This document shows positions 30,320 through 40,771 of a DNA stretch of 64,000 nucleotides, in pieces (position 1 is the stretch's first letter; each line of letters opens with the position of its first letter). The stretch is from positions 6,583 through 70,582 of the forward strand of contig SKLV01000017.1 in assembly GCA_007121385.1 (NCBI GenBank). Direction: 5' to 3'. The notes beneath the pieces were generated by a model that was not told the DNA's origin, made no database searches, and saw only the letters and a program-made list of their open reading frames with translations. The position numbers and the translations under genes are program-made. Source of the DNA: Bdellovibrionales bacterium (GTDB lineage: Bacteria; Bdellovibrionota; Bdellovibrionia; Bdellovibrionales; UBA1609).

Positions 30320-32992
30320 ATGTTACAAGTTCTGACTAAAATTTTTGGCAGCAAGCACGATCGTGACATGAAAAAGATCTACCCTCTGGTGGATCAGATC
30401 AATTCTTTTGAGCCTCAGCTCAAGGAGCTGAGTGACGACAGGCTCAAGGCCAAAACCGGAGAGTTTAAAGAACAGATTGAAAAGGGCAAAAGCCTAGATG
30501 AAATTTTGCCTGAGGCCTTTGCGGTTTGCCGGGAGGCTTCGCGCCGAGTCTTAGGAATGAGGCATTACGATGTTCAGATGATCGGAGGCATTGTTCTGCA
30601 CCGCGGGGCCATAGCCGAGATGAAGACGGGTGAGGGAAAGACCTTGGTGGCGACACTACCCGTCTATTTGAATGCCTTGAGTGGCAAGGGCGTCCATGTG
30701 GTCACGGTCAATGACTACTTGGCCAAGCGGGACACGGCCTGGATGGGCCAGGTCTATAACTTTTTAGGCTTAAGCACGGGCACCATCGTCCATGAGCTCA
30801 ACGATCTTCAGCGCAAAGAGGCCTATGCTGCAGATATCACCTATGGGACCAACAATGAGTTTGGCTTTGATTATCTGCGCGACAATATGAAGTTCGATTT
30901 GGAGCACTATGTGCAAAGGGACCTCAATTTTGCCATTGTGGACGAATGCGACTCCATCTTGGTGGATGAGGCCAGAACTCCGCTGATTATCTCGGGGCCT
31001 AAAGAGGACTCCACGGAAAAATATCATGAGGTGAATAAGATCATCCCCAGTTTGCAGCGGGATGTTCACTTCACCATGGAGGAAAAAAGCAAAACAGTGT
31101 CTCTGACCGATGAGGGCAATGGCCGGGTGGAGGAGCTGCTCAAGGTGGAAAACCTATACGATCCTCGTCATATTGAAATCCTCCACCATATCTATCAGGG
31201 CTTAAAGGCCCATCACCTCTTTCATCGCGATGTAGACTATATGATTAAGGATGGAGAGATCGTGATTGTGGATGAGTTCACTGGTCGCCTGATGCCCGGG
31301 CGGCGCTGGAGTGACGGCCTCCATCAGGCCATTGAGGCCAAAGAGGGAGTGAGGGTTAAAAACGAAAACCAAACCCTGGCCAGCATCACTTTTCAAAACT
31401 ACTTCCGCATGTACAACAAGCTGGCCGGGATGACGGGAACAGCCGAGACCGAGGCCGTTGAGTTCAAAAAAATCTACGATTTAGACGTTCAGGTCATTCC
31501 CACCAATAAACCCATCCAGCGGATAGATGCTCAGGATGTGGTTTTTAAAACCGAAAGAGCTAAGTTTAAGGCCATTGCCCAGGATATTCGTGAAAGGGCC
31601 GAAAATGGACAGCCGGTCTTGGTGGGGACGGTCAGTATTGAGAAATCCGAGAAGCTGAGTCGGATGCTCAAAGAAGAGGGCGTAACCCACAATGTGCTCA
31701 ATGCCCGCCACCATGAGAAAGAGGCCGAGTATGTGGCTCAGGCGGGACGCAAGAACACAGTGACCATTGCCACCAATATGGCTGGCCGGGGAACGGACAT
31801 TGTCCTAGGGGGGAATGCGGAGTTTTTAGCCCGCCGAGAGATTAATGAGAGTACCACTCCCGAGCAGGCCGAGGCCATCTTAAAAAGGTATCAAGACCAG
31901 TGTGAAAAGGAAAAGCAAGAGGTTCTGGGCGCCGGTGGCCTATACATTATCGGCACGGAACGCCACGAGTCTCGGCGCATCGACAATCAGCTAAGAGGTC
32001 GATCTGGTCGCCAAGGAGACCCGGGAGAGTCTCGCTTTTACCTCTCTCTGGAAGACAATTTGATGCGCATTTTTAATGGTGAGCGCATACAGAGAATTAT
32101 GGACACCTTGCGAGTGCCTGAGGACGAGCCCATTGAAGCCAGAATGGTGTCTCGGGCCATTGAGGGCTCCCAGCGCAAGGTGGAAGGTCACAACTTCGAT
32201 ATTCGTAAACATCTGCTGGAGTACGACGATGTGATGAACCAGCAGCGCTCAGTGATCTATGGCTTAAGACGCCAGGTGCTTAAGGGTGAAGAGCCCGACA
32301 GCATGGTCAAGGAGATGATGGGAGATGTGACCTCCTATTGGTTGGACCTCTTTGCTCCAGAAAATCAGAAACTGGAGCAGTGGGATCTGCAGGGTCTGCA
32401 AAGGGCACTGAGTCAGCAGTTTGGCCTGCATGTGGATTTTGGGGCTCGGGATCAGTTGACCTCAGACAAGCTTTTGGAGCTGGTGAGAGACACCGTTCGC
32501 CAGGCCTATGAGGTGCAAAAAAATGAGTTGGGTGAGTACTTCCCACAAGTGGTGAGGATGATTCTGCTGCAGACCATTGACACCCGTTGGAAGGACCACC
32601 TGGAGCGGATTGACCGCCTCAAAGAGGGGATCAACCTGAGAGCCTATGCCCAAAAAGACCCTCTAATTGAGTACAAAAAGGAAGCCTATCGCACTTTTGA
32701 GGAACTCAATCAAATGATTCGCAACGAGAGTGTTGAGAAACTATTCAAGGTGCAGCTGGTGGCTCCTGAGTCGGTGGAAAGAGATTTAAGTCGAGAGAGA
32801 GAGCCTCGTTCATCTAAATACAATTATTCAGGCCCTGATGACAGTCAGTTGGGGGCTTTTGCGGCTGCGGAAGAAAGGCCGCCCGAGGCCGCTTCGGGAA
32901 TGACTCTGTCGGCTCGACCTCGGCGGGATGAAGGTCCTAAGTTGAACCGAGAGCAGCGTCGCCGCCTTGAAAAGAAGGGGCGAAAAAAGTGA
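30320..32992 (+). CDS. secA: Preprotein translocase ATPase SecA (no C-terminal zinc-binding motif)
   Basis: [43 protein letters not shown] and GRGTDI motifs. Start at ATG 30320 ([11 protein letters not shown]). The tail ends ..[11 protein letters not shown] with no Cys/His cluster. Confidence 0.97.
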   Translation: MLQVLTKIFGSKHDRDMKKIYPLVDQINSFEPQLKELSDDRLKAKTGEFKEQIEKGKSLDEILPEAFAVCREASRRVLGMRHYDVQMIGGIVLHRGAIAEMKTGEGKTLVATLPVYLNALSGKGVHVVTVNDYLAKRDTAWMGQVYNFLGLSTGTIVHELNDLQRKEAYAADITYGTNNEFGFDYLRDNMKFDLEHYVQRDLNFAIVDECDSILVDEARTPLIISGPKEDSTEKYHEVNKIIPSLQRDVHFTMEEKSKTVSLTDEGNGRVEELLKVENLYDPRHIEILHHIYQGLKAHHLFHRDVDYMIKDGEIVIVDEFTGRLMPGRRWSDGLHQAIEAKEGVRVKNENQTLASITFQNYFRMYNKLAGMTGTAETEAVEFKKIYDLDVQVIPTNKPIQRIDAQDVVFKTERAKFKAIAQDIRERAENGQPVLVGTVSIEKSEKLSRMLKEEGVTHNVLNARHHEKEAEYVAQAGRKNTVTIATNMAGRGTDIVLGGNAEFLARREINESTTPEQAEAILKRYQDQCEKEKQEVLGAGGLYIIGTERHESRRIDNQLRGRSGRQGDPGESRFYLSLEDNLMRIFNGERIQRIMDTLRVPEDEPIEARMVSRAIEGSQRKVEGHNFDIRKHLLEYDDVMNQQRSVIYGLRRQVLKGEEPDSMVKEMMGDVTSYWLDLFAPENQKLEQWDLQGLQRALSQQFGLHVDFGARDQLTSDKLLELVRDTVRQAYEVQKNELGEYFPQVVRMILLQTIDTRWKDHLERIDRLKEGINLRAYAQKDPLIEYKKEAYRTFEELNQMIRNESVEKLFKVQLVAPESVERDLSREREPRSSKYNYSGPDDSQLGAFAAAEERPPEAASGMTLSARPRRDEGPKLNREQRRRLEKKGRKK

Positions 32993-33001
32993 TAATTGGG
33001 G

Positions 33002-33739
33002 ATGCCCAATTGTCCTTTGTGTCAAACTTCTCTTAAGGATGACTTTGGTCTGGTGGACTGTCCAGGCTGCCAAGCTCCCCTGTTTATCGATATGGACGGC
33101 TCAGTGGTTTCCGCAGCAGGGGCGAGTCCGACCTCTGCTCCCTCTCCAGAGATAGGCGTGGCTCAAGACCTGGATTCGGCTCAAGAGTTGGAAAACTTCT
33201 CCCTGCCGGCTGAAGAGCAGTCTGCAGACCAAGATGAGTTCCTTCCAGACTATGGGGGCTTTGAGGAGGTTCATGACACTCAGGACCCACCAGAGCTTCA
33301 AGGCGATTTTAGGGGTGTGGAAATGGACCCCTTGAATGGGGTGCACACTGATGTGCAACAGCCTCCAGAAGTGGCTGAGCCTCTAGAGCCTGTGGCCCCT
33401 CCAGAACCCTTTGCTGTGGCTCCCCCCGCAGCGGAGGCTGACTCCTTGGAGGACCTTACGGAGTTTGCCAATTCCGAGGCCTCGCAGGGAAAAGAGGGCC
33501 TGCTGCGCTTTCACCTGACTATTGAGGGCATTGACTCTTCAGATCTCCGGCGGGATGTGGCTGAGGCCCTTCAAGACAAAAAATTTATGTGGGATGATGA
33601 AGAGCTCTTGCGCTCGATTCGTCAGGGGCGTTTGGTGCTTCAGGATATCTCAGCGGTTAAAGTAGTTATTCTGATTCGTCGACTCAGAGAGAAACCTCTA
33701 AAAATAACTTGGGAGCAGCATGCGATTCATCGAGCGTAG
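33002..33739 (+). CDS. Zinc-ribbon protein with acidic linker and conserved-looking C-terminal domain
   Basis: N-terminus MPNCPLCQ..(11 aa)..CPGCQ, then about 120 aa of Asp/Glu/Pro-rich sequence, then a folded-looking tail (LRFHLTIEGIDSSDLRRDV..). Starts 10 nt after the secA stop. Confidence 0.5.
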   Translation: MPNCPLCQTSLKDDFGLVDCPGCQAPLFIDMDGSVVSAAGASPTSAPSPEIGVAQDLDSAQELENFSLPAEEQSADQDEFLPDYGGFEEVHDTQDPPELQGDFRGVEMDPLNGVHTDVQQPPEVAEPLEPVAPPEPFAVAPPAAEADSLEDLTEFANSEASQGKEGLLRFHLTIEGIDSSDLRRDVAEALQDKKFMWDDEELLRSIRQGRLVLQDISAVKVVILIRRLREKPLKITWEQHAIHRA

Positions 33740-33743
33740 CTTT

Positions 33744-34268
33744 ATGATGTGGTTGGGGAGCCTCCTTTTGAGTTCTTCCTTGGCAGGGGCTGAGACCAAG
33801 GGAGGAGGGGAGTACCAGCGTCTTTTGGGGCAGCTCAATGGCTTGGAGTCGAGGGTTAATGAAGCGACTCAGAGGCTGGAACAGCTGGTGAATCAAAAAA
33901 ATCAATCTCAGGACCCCAAAGAGAAAGACAGTTTAATTCAACTGATGATTGAAGAGCATCAGGGTCTTAGAGAGCAGGTGACCGAGTACAATCGCTTGCG
34001 CAATGAGATTCGCTTTCGCTTTCCCGCTGAGGGGGTGCGTTTGGATGAACTCTATGGACCTCGGCGCCCTCCTAGTCTTGAGGAGCTAGAGAGTCGTTCC
34101 AGCCTGGATGTGTCTCTGGATCGGGTCCAGCAGACTTTCCAAAGGCACTATGGCCCTCTTCTGAGCCCTGACGGGGGGGATGGCTCTCGGGGACCTGCTT
34201 CTTCCTCCCCGGAGGAAGGGGCACAAGGGGATAAGCCCGGTCCACCTCGGCTGAAGCTCACTCGCTAA
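33744..34268 (+). CDS. Secreted coiled-coil protein, hypothetical
   Basis: Signal peptide MMWLGSLLLSSSLAGA, then heptad-like sequence. ATG 33744 is 5 nt after the upstream stop. Confidence 0.45.
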   Translation: MMWLGSLLLSSSLAGAETKGGGEYQRLLGQLNGLESRVNEATQRLEQLVNQKNQSQDPKEKDSLIQLMIEEHQGLREQVTEYNRLRNEIRFRFPAEGVRLDELYGPRRPPSLEELESRSSLDVSLDRVQQTFQRHYGPLLSPDGGDGSRGPASSSPEEGAQGDKPGPPRLKLTR

Positions 34269-34273
34269 AGAGC

Positions 34274-34714
34274 TTACTCTTTTTCCAAATCTTCTACCTC
34301 GGGATTCTGAAGGCCATCACTTGATGAGGGTGCGAGCAAGCGGCTCCTCTCCTCAGGACTCAGCCTTAAGGCTCTCTCCTCAAATTCCTCCAGGCTTGAT
34401 GCTTCCTCGAGCTGTTGTCGGGCCCTTAAGGTGGCTTGGTCCGTGGACTCAACATCAATGACCCGTCCCTGCTTAAAAGTGACCCGAGTGAACCACTCCT
34501 GATCATCTTTAAAATAGCGATAGGTCCAAATGTCCTGACCCTTTTGTCTTTGAGAGTGGAGGGGGCTTCCCATTAACTCCACCACCTGAGACTTGTCCAT
34601 TCCCACCTCCAATTTTTCCAAGCCCCTTTGGGGGGTGCTGGCGCATCCAGTCAAAAGACCCCAAATAAGACCTAGCCCTAAGATTTTTCCCTGGAGTTTT
34701 ACTTTGATTGACAT
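34274..34714 (-). CDS. BamE/SmpA-OmlA-like outer-membrane lipoprotein
   Basis: SPII signal (GLLTGCAS). SmpA_OmlA-like block LEVGMDKSQVVELMGSPL..WTYRYF..FKQGRVIDVE. Confidence 0.5.
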   Translation of the reverse strand: MSIKVKLQGKILGLGLIWGLLTGCASTPQRGLEKLEVGMDKSQVVELMGSPLHSQRQKGQDIWTYRYFKDDQEWFTRVTFKQGRVIDVESTDQATLRARQQLEEASSLEEFEERALRLSPEERSRLLAPSSSDGLQNPEVEDLEKE

Positions 34715-34789
34715 CTTAAACTTCCTTTGAAAAAAGAGAGCTCCGGCAGAGTGGAACAGGCTAAAATTTTAACACTTTGGTAACTTGTC

Positions 34790-35338
34790 ATGCAAACAGC
34801 TGATCCTTTTAATCGCGGTGGCTTTATGGCCTTTGTCTTTTCAATGGTCTTTTCCCTCGCGTTTTTTGTCTATATTTCTTTGATTAATCAAGGAGTGGAT
34901 TTAAGAGAAATCCCCGAAGAGGCCGATCTCACCGCCCCTGAAATGGGTCTGGCGGCTACAGAGGACTCCGCAGAGGTGGATCTCTCGCAGATTTCTGAAC
35001 TTTGGGTGAGCACTGAGGTTTTAGTCGCTCATGGTCGTCAGGTTTATTCTGTAAATTGTGCTATGTGCCATGGGCCGGGCGGACAGGGAGATGGTCCTGC
35101 GGCGGCAGGTTTGGTTCCACCTCCCGCCAATTTGGTGACTGGCCCTTGGAAGCAAGGGGCCACCTCGGTGGCTCTCTATCAGACTCTGCTTAAGGGAGTT
35201 CCGGGGACATCGATGGCGGCTTTTGCTCACTTGCCCAAGGAGGATCTCTGGGCTTTGGTTCACTATATGCGCTCGATTGCTCAAAATAAGCCTGATGACG
35301 ATGCCCGAGAGCTGGAGGAGTTTGCCCGCTCTCTTTAA
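34790..35338 (+). CDS. Membrane-anchored class I cytochrome c
   Basis: N-terminal TM, one CAMCHG haem site and a distal Met region. Heads the oxidase cluster. Confidence 0.75.
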   Translation: MQTADPFNRGGFMAFVFSMVFSLAFFVYISLINQGVDLREIPEEADLTAPEMGLAATEDSAEVDLSQISELWVSTEVLVAHGRQVYSVNCAMCHGPGGQGDGPAAAGLVPPPANLVTGPWKQGATSVALYQTLLKGVPGTSMAAFAHLPKEDLWALVHYMRSIAQNKPDDDARELEEFARSL

Positions 35339-35392
35339 AAAAGATGGAGGGAGCAGGATTCATCTCGGTGAGTCCACCATAGCAGGAGTCCA

Positions 35393-36322
35393 ATGCGAAG
35401 TTTAAAGGTCCTTTTCAGACACAAAAAGTCTCACTTCAGAGAAGCTCTGAGATCATGGGTCTATGGCTCTGCGGCAGCTCTGGCCTTAGTTATGGGTCTA
35501 AGCTTATTTTCAAGCTCTCTGGTTCAGGCCTATGTGCAGGACAGGACCTCCGCTTTGGCCCATGAGGTACCCGAAGATTTGGAAGGGGTGGGAATTACTG
35601 AGAGGTTGGGAGAGTCCCTGGATCTCAGTTTAGAGTTTGTGGACGACCGAGGCGAGAGCATCCTTTTGGGGGATCTCTTTGATGGAAAAAAGCCAGTCCT
35701 TTTTACCATTATCTACTACAGCTGCCCCAGTTTGTGTAATTTCCACCTCAACGGTGTGACTGAGGCTATGAAACAGATGGACTGGTCAGTGGGAGAGCAG
35801 TTTCGCATAGTGGCCTTGACCATGAACCATCACGAGGACTGGGAGTTGGCGGCGGCTAAAAAGGCCAGCTATGTGGAGGCCTATGGTCGTCCAGAGTCAG
35901 CGGGCGACTGGCATTTTTTAACTGGGACTGAGGAGAATATTCTTGCGGCTGCAGATCAGGTGGGCTTTGGCTTTCGCTGGAATGAGGCCCAACAGCAGTT
36001 TGCCCATGCCGCTGCGGCCATCATTTTAACTCCGGCGGCGGAGATTTCTCGTTACCTCTATGGAATTGGCTTTTCCCCCAACACCCTACGGATGTCTTTA
36101 CTCGAGGCCTCCAATGGAAAAATTGGCTCCTTTATTGACCAGGTGATTTTGTTTTGCTTTCAGTTTGATCCGAGTAAGAATGAGTACACTCTTTATGCTT
36201 ATAATATTATGAGAGCTGGGGGAGTGTTAGTTGTCTTTGCTCTGGCTATTTTTTTGATTCCAGCCTGGCGGCGAGAGCGTCGTCTAGAGTCTGGGAAAAG
36301 TGGATCTGTAAAGGAGAGTTAG
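35393..36322 (+). CDS. SCO1/SenC copper chaperone
   Basis: Thioredoxin-like CxxxC (YYSCPSLCNFHLNG), N- and C-terminal TM segments. Confidence 0.8.
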   Translation: MRSLKVLFRHKKSHFREALRSWVYGSAAALALVMGLSLFSSSLVQAYVQDRTSALAHEVPEDLEGVGITERLGESLDLSLEFVDDRGESILLGDLFDGKKPVLFTIIYYSCPSLCNFHLNGVTEAMKQMDWSVGEQFRIVALTMNHHEDWELAAAKKASYVEAYGRPESAGDWHFLTGTEENILAAADQVGFGFRWNEAQQQFAHAAAAIILTPAAEISRYLYGIGFSPNTLRMSLLEASNGKIGSFIDQVILFCFQFDPSKNEYTLYAYNIMRAGGVLVVFALAIFLIPAWRRERRLESGKSGSVKES

Positions 36323-36326
36323 ATTT

Positions 36327-37277
36327 ATGTTTTCCAGCACTGCTCAGGCTGCACCTCGCTCGTTAATGCCCGTTCAGGGCTCGACCGTGGCTGGATATGT
36401 GGATAGCCTGTATATTTTCCTCCTTATCGCAAGCTTTATTGCCTGCGTTTTGGTGATTGGCGGTTTTATCTACTTTGCGATCCGCTACCGCCGTCGCGGT
36501 GAGAATGATAAGACAGCCTACATTACTCACAACAACACCCTAGAGTTTGCCTGGAGCTTTATTCCCTTTGTGATATTTATGGTGGCCTTTGGCTGGGGCT
36601 GGTGGGTTTACGACAAAATGCGCAGCTTTCCTGAAAATGCTCTAGAAGTCCATGTGACAGGCTATATGTGGGCTTGGGACTTTATGTACAAGAACGGCAA
36701 AAGGACAACCAACGAATTCACCGTTCCCGTCAACACTCCGGTAAAGCTGATCATGACTTCACGTGATGTCATTCACAGCTTTTTTGTGCCCGCTTTCCGG
36801 GTCAAACAGGATGTGGTTCCCGGGCGCTACTCGGCCCTGTGGTTCGAAGCCACAAAAAAGGGTCGATTTCAGGTTTTTTGCACCGAATACTGTGGTACGG
36901 GCCACTCGGCCATGTTGGCTACAGTGAATGTGGTGGACCTTGAGGAGTATGAAGACTGGCTGCAGGTGGACCCCTACAGAGGACTGTCTTTGGCGCAAAT
37001 TGGCCAGCAGATCTTTGAAGGGCGCTGCTTGGTTTGTCATAGTCCTGGACAGGACCGCAAGGTGGGGCCTGGGCTGGGAGGGCTTTTTGGTAGCCAAGTC
37101 GAGTTAGATGATGGAACCCGCGTTTTGGGAGATGAGAACTATATCAGAGAGTCCATCCTCTATCCCAATGAGAAAATCACTGCAGGCTATCCTGCGGGGG
37201 TAATGCCCACCTTTTTGGGTCAACTGGATGAAACAGAGGTGTTAGGACTGATAGAGTACATCAAGTCTCTCGAGTGA
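36327..37277 (+). CDS. ctaC: Cytochrome c oxidase subunit II with fused cytochrome c (caa3 type)
   Basis: 2 TM, CuA site CTEYCGTGHSAM and a C-terminal CLVCHS haem-c motif. GGAG SD. Confidence 0.9.
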   Translation: MFSSTAQAAPRSLMPVQGSTVAGYVDSLYIFLLIASFIACVLVIGGFIYFAIRYRRRGENDKTAYITHNNTLEFAWSFIPFVIFMVAFGWGWWVYDKMRSFPENALEVHVTGYMWAWDFMYKNGKRTTNEFTVPVNTPVKLIMTSRDVIHSFFVPAFRVKQDVVPGRYSALWFEATKKGRFQVFCTEYCGTGHSAMLATVNVVDLEEYEDWLQVDPYRGLSLAQIGQQIFEGRCLVCHSPGQDRKVGPGLGGLFGSQVELDDGTRVLGDENYIRESILYPNEKITAGYPAGVMPTFLGQLDETEVLGLIEYIKSLE

Positions 37278-37325
37278 TGGTCGATTTTAGAGTGATAGAT
37301 TTGCAAAATTAAGGAGTGCTTGAAC

Positions 37326-38903
37326 ATGCACGGTGCCCATAGTCACAATTATCTGAATCATGAAAAAGGCCTGTGGTCTTGGCTGACCACCCTGGATCAC
37401 AAGAGAATTGGTATTCTCTATATGATCTCCGTCTTTATCTTCTTTTTTATCGGTGGCATTTTTGCCATGCTGATTCGCTGGGAACTCTTTAACTCTGGGT
37501 CCAGCGACCCAGCTATGTACAACCAGTACATGACTTTCCATGGGGCCATTATGGTCTTTATGGTGATCATTCCAGGGATCCCCGCCTTCTTGGGGAACTT
37601 CTTTCTCCCCCTGCAGATTGGCGCGGCCGATGTGGCCTTCCCCCGACTCAATCTTTTGAGTTGGTACTGTTTGATGGTGGGTGCAGCCGTGGCCTTTTTC
37701 TCCCTTTTTGCCAGTGGAGCAGATACAGGTTGGACTTTTTACACCCCATATAGCATTCAGACAGACACGGGAACTATTTGGCTGGTCACCGGGGCCTTTA
37801 TCATGGGCTTTTCCTCTATCTTAACTGGCCTTAACTTTATCGTGACCACCCATAAGCTGCGGGCTCCCGGAATGACTTTTTGGAAGATGCCCCTCTTCGT
37901 TTGGTCGCTCTACTCCACAGCCATCCTGCAGGTTTTGGCCACTCCTGTACTGGGAATCACCCTTCTGCTTTTGGTGGCCGAGAGAATTTTGGGGATAGGG
38001 ATTTTTGATCCTCGGCTCGGTGGGGATCCTGTGTTGTTTCAACACTTTTTCTGGTTTTACTCTCATCCGGCCGTGTACATCATGATTCTTCCGGCTATGG
38101 GTATTGTGAGTGAGCTGATTTCAACCTACTCTCGGAAGACGATTTTTGGCTACAAGGCCATTGCTCTTTCCAGTGTGGGAATTGCGGCAGTGAGCTTCTT
38201 TGTATGGGGTCACCATATGTTTGTCAGTGGCCAGTCGGAGATTGCCGGGATCATTTTTTCCTTTATCACCATGTTAGTGGGAGTCCCAACAGCCATTAAG
38301 ACCTTCAATTGGGTGGCCACTCTCTACAAGGGAAGTATTCGCTTCGACACCCCTCTTCTCTATGCCTTGGGCTTTATTTTTCTCTTCACCATTGGGGGAG
38401 TGACAGGAATTATTTTGGCCACCATTGGGACCAATGTGCACTTTCATGACACCTACTTTGTCGTGGCTCACTTTCACTATGTGATGGTAGGGGGAACTTT
38501 GATGGCCATTATGGGAGGGGTTTATCACTGGTTCCCCAAGATGTTTGGCCGTATTGTGGATGATGGCATGGCTCGGATCACCTTTGTCCTGATCTTTGTG
38601 GGATTCAATGTGACCTTCTTCCCCCAATTTGTCTTGGGCGCCATGGGGATGCCTCGCCGCTATGCCGATTATCCCGTGGCCTATGAGGCCTTAAATAAGA
38701 TCTCCTCCATTGGTTCCTGGACCATTGGTTTGGGCTTTTTGTTTGCCCTATTTGTGATTATTCATGCCTTGAAGCGAGGGGAGAAAGCGGGAGATAACCC
38801 CTGGGGAGCGATGACTCTGGAGTGGCAGACCTCTTCGCCTCCGCCCCATGAGAACTTTAAAAAACAACCCGTAGTCACGGCAGGTCCATATGAGTATCGC
38901 TAA
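37326..38903 (+). CDS. ctaD: Cytochrome c oxidase subunit I
   Basis: 12-TM haem-copper oxidase. [16 protein letters not shown] and HFHYV blocks. ATG 37326 lies 9 nt after AAGGAG (TTG 37320 also in frame). Confidence 0.95.
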   Translation: MHGAHSHNYLNHEKGLWSWLTTLDHKRIGILYMISVFIFFFIGGIFAMLIRWELFNSGSSDPAMYNQYMTFHGAIMVFMVIIPGIPAFLGNFFLPLQIGAADVAFPRLNLLSWYCLMVGAAVAFFSLFASGADTGWTFYTPYSIQTDTGTIWLVTGAFIMGFSSILTGLNFIVTTHKLRAPGMTFWKMPLFVWSLYSTAILQVLATPVLGITLLLLVAERILGIGIFDPRLGGDPVLFQHFFWFYSHPAVYIMILPAMGIVSELISTYSRKTIFGYKAIALSSVGIAAVSFFVWGHHMFVSGQSEIAGIIFSFITMLVGVPTAIKTFNWVATLYKGSIRFDTPLLYALGFIFLFTIGGVTGIILATIGTNVHFHDTYFVVAHFHYVMVGGTLMAIMGGVYHWFPKMFGRIVDDGMARITFVLIFVGFNVTFFPQFVLGAMGMPRRYADYPVAYEALNKISSIGSWTIGLGFLFALFVIIHALKRGEKAGDNPWGAMTLEWQTSSPPPHENFKKQPVVTAGPYEYR

Positions 38904-39531
38904 GACCCATCAGCACGCCCATCACTTTCAAAGCGCCGAGCACCAATTTGAGTCCGCCAAGTTGGGACTCTGGGTTTTCTTGAGCACCGAAATTCTTATG
39001 TTTGGGGGCCTTTTTGTTGGCTTTTTTATTTTTCATGGAATCTATCCAGAAATGTTCAAGGAGGGTTCCACCTTCTTGGACTGGAGGCTGGGGGCGGTCA
39101 ACACAGTTGTTCTTCTGCTGAGCTCCTTTACCATTGCCACCAGTGTTTACCATGCGCAAAAGGGCAATCAAAAGGCTGTGGTTTGGAACCTGGCCGCCAC
39201 CATAGTTCTGGGCTCGGTGTTTATGATCATCAAATACATCGAGTACTCCAGTAAAATTGAAGCGGGCCTCTTGCCCGGCCAAATGTTCAGCTATGAGGCA
39301 GCGGAGTCGGCCAATCTGGCCCTGTACTTCTCTTTTTATTTCACCATGACTGGGCTCCATGGACTCCATGTGCTTATCGGCATGGGCTTGATGGCTTGGG
39401 TACTAATGAGAGCTTTAAAGGGTGAGTTTGGCCCTGGCTATTACACACCCATTGAGGGAGTGGCTCTGTTTTGGCATTTGGTGGATTTGGTTTGGATTTA
39501 CTTGTTTCCCCTGCTGTATTTAGTGGAATAG
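38890..39531 (+). CDS. ctaE: Cytochrome c oxidase subunit III
   Basis: 213 aa, multi-[13 protein letters not shown] and [17 protein letters not shown] blocks. Overlaps the ctaD end. Confidence 0.9.
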   Translation: MSIAKTHQHAHHFQSAEHQFESAKLGLWVFLSTEILMFGGLFVGFFIFHGIYPEMFKEGSTFLDWRLGAVNTVVLLLSSFTIATSVYHAQKGNQKAVVWNLAATIVLGSVFMIIKYIEYSSKIEAGLLPGQMFSYEAAESANLALYFSFYFTMTGLHGLHVLIGMGLMAWVLMRALKGEFGPGYYTPIEGVALFWHLVDLVWIYLFPLLYLVE

Positions 39532-39545
39532 GGGGAGGAGAATTT

Positions 39546-39851
39546 ATGGCCTCAGGATCACATTATATTATTCCTTTAAAAGTCTATGTGAATGTCTTGC
39601 TCACACTGTTGGTTTTAACTGTTCTCACTGTGGCTGTGGCCCAGTTTGACTTTGGGGCCTTTAACTTTGTGGTGGCCTTTGGGATTGCCACCTTAAAGGC
39701 GGGCTTGGTGGCGGCTTATTTTATGCAGCTCAAGTACGATGAGCCCATCTTTACCTGGATTCTCTTGTCATCGGTGGGCTTCTTGTTGGTCTTCTGGGGT
39801 TTTGCAGCTTTGGATGTCTTCACTCGAATTTTTCAATCCAGCACCCTCTAG
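39546..39851 (+). CDS. Cytochrome c oxidase subunit IV (prokaryotic CoxD/CtaF type)
   Basis: 101 aa, 3 TM, GGAGGAG SD before ATG 39546. AAYFMQLKYDE resembles the subunit-IV FMHLK motif. Sits immediately after ctaE. Confidence 0.6.
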   Translation: MASGSHYIIPLKVYVNVLLTLLVLTVLTVAVAQFDFGAFNFVVAFGIATLKAGLVAAYFMQLKYDEPIFTWILLSSVGFLLVFWGFAALDVFTRIFQSSTL

Positions 39852-39877
39852 TAAAGAGGGTTTAGGCCCTCGGGGCC

Positions 39878-40771
39878 GTGGGAGTGAAAGTGAAAGCTTA
39901 TTTGGACCTCACAAAAACGGGGATTATTATTTTTGCTCTGATGAGTGCTTTGGCAGGCTATGCCATGAGTGCTTCAGTGGGTCGGGGCTTTGATGGGACC
40001 CCCATTTTAGTTCTTCTTATGGGCCTGTACTTTGCCTGTGCGGGGAGTTTTGCCCTCAATCAGGCTCAGGAGTGGAAAAAAGACAGGTTGATGGACCGGA
40101 CAAAGAAACGGCCCATTGCCTCCGGGATGATAGCTCCTTGGCAGGGCTATTTGATTGGCTTCAGCTTTACAGCTTTTGGCCTCTTGGTTCTCTATGCCCT
40201 CAATCCTTTGACGGCTCAGCTCACTTTGGCCACGGTGATTATGTACAATGGGCTCTACACCTTGATTTTTAAAAAGTACATGGCCTTTGGAGCTGTCCCC
40301 GGAGCTATTCCAGGGGCCATGCCGGTTTTAATAGGCTATTCGGTCAATAGCCCCTATCTCCTCACTCCAGAGGCGGCCTATTTGTTTCTCATTATGTTTT
40401 TGTGGCAGATGCCTCACTTTTGGAGTTTGGCCATTCGCTTTAAAGACGACTATGCCAAGGCGGGATTTCCCGTTTTGCCCACTCAGTTGGGGGCTTCGCG
40501 GACCCTTTACCACATAGGGCTCTATATGTTTGTCTACGTAGGTCTGGCTGTGGGCTCTCCCTGGTTTTTGCAAGCCAATGTGATGTATTTACTTTTGGTG
40601 GTCCCCGTGGCCATAAAGGTGATGCTAGAATTTTTCAAATACTTTAAGGCCCATGGTCAACAGCGCTGGCTGCCTTTCTTTTTGTGGACCAATTTGAGTG
40701 TGTTGGTCTTTTTGTCCGTTCCTGTGTTGGATCGGTGGGTGTTTTATCTATGGTCGATGCAAGGTTTTTAA
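39878..40771 (+). CDS. ctaB: Protohaem IX farnesyltransferase (haem O synthase)
   Basis: UbiA-family, multi-TM. NQAQEWKKDRLMDRTKKRPIASG motif. Start codon uncertain (GTG 39878, 39884 or 39890). Confidence 0.9.
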   Translation: MGVKVKAYLDLTKTGIIIFALMSALAGYAMSASVGRGFDGTPILVLLMGLYFACAGSFALNQAQEWKKDRLMDRTKKRPIASGMIAPWQGYLIGFSFTAFGLLVLYALNPLTAQLTLATVIMYNGLYTLIFKKYMAFGAVPGAIPGAMPVLIGYSVNSPYLLTPEAAYLFLIMFLWQMPHFWSLAIRFKDDYAKAGFPVLPTQLGASRTLYHIGLYMFVYVGLAVGSPWFLQANVMYLLLVVPVAIKVMLEFFKYFKAHGQQRWLPFFLWTNLSVLVFLSVPVLDRWVFYLWSMQGF

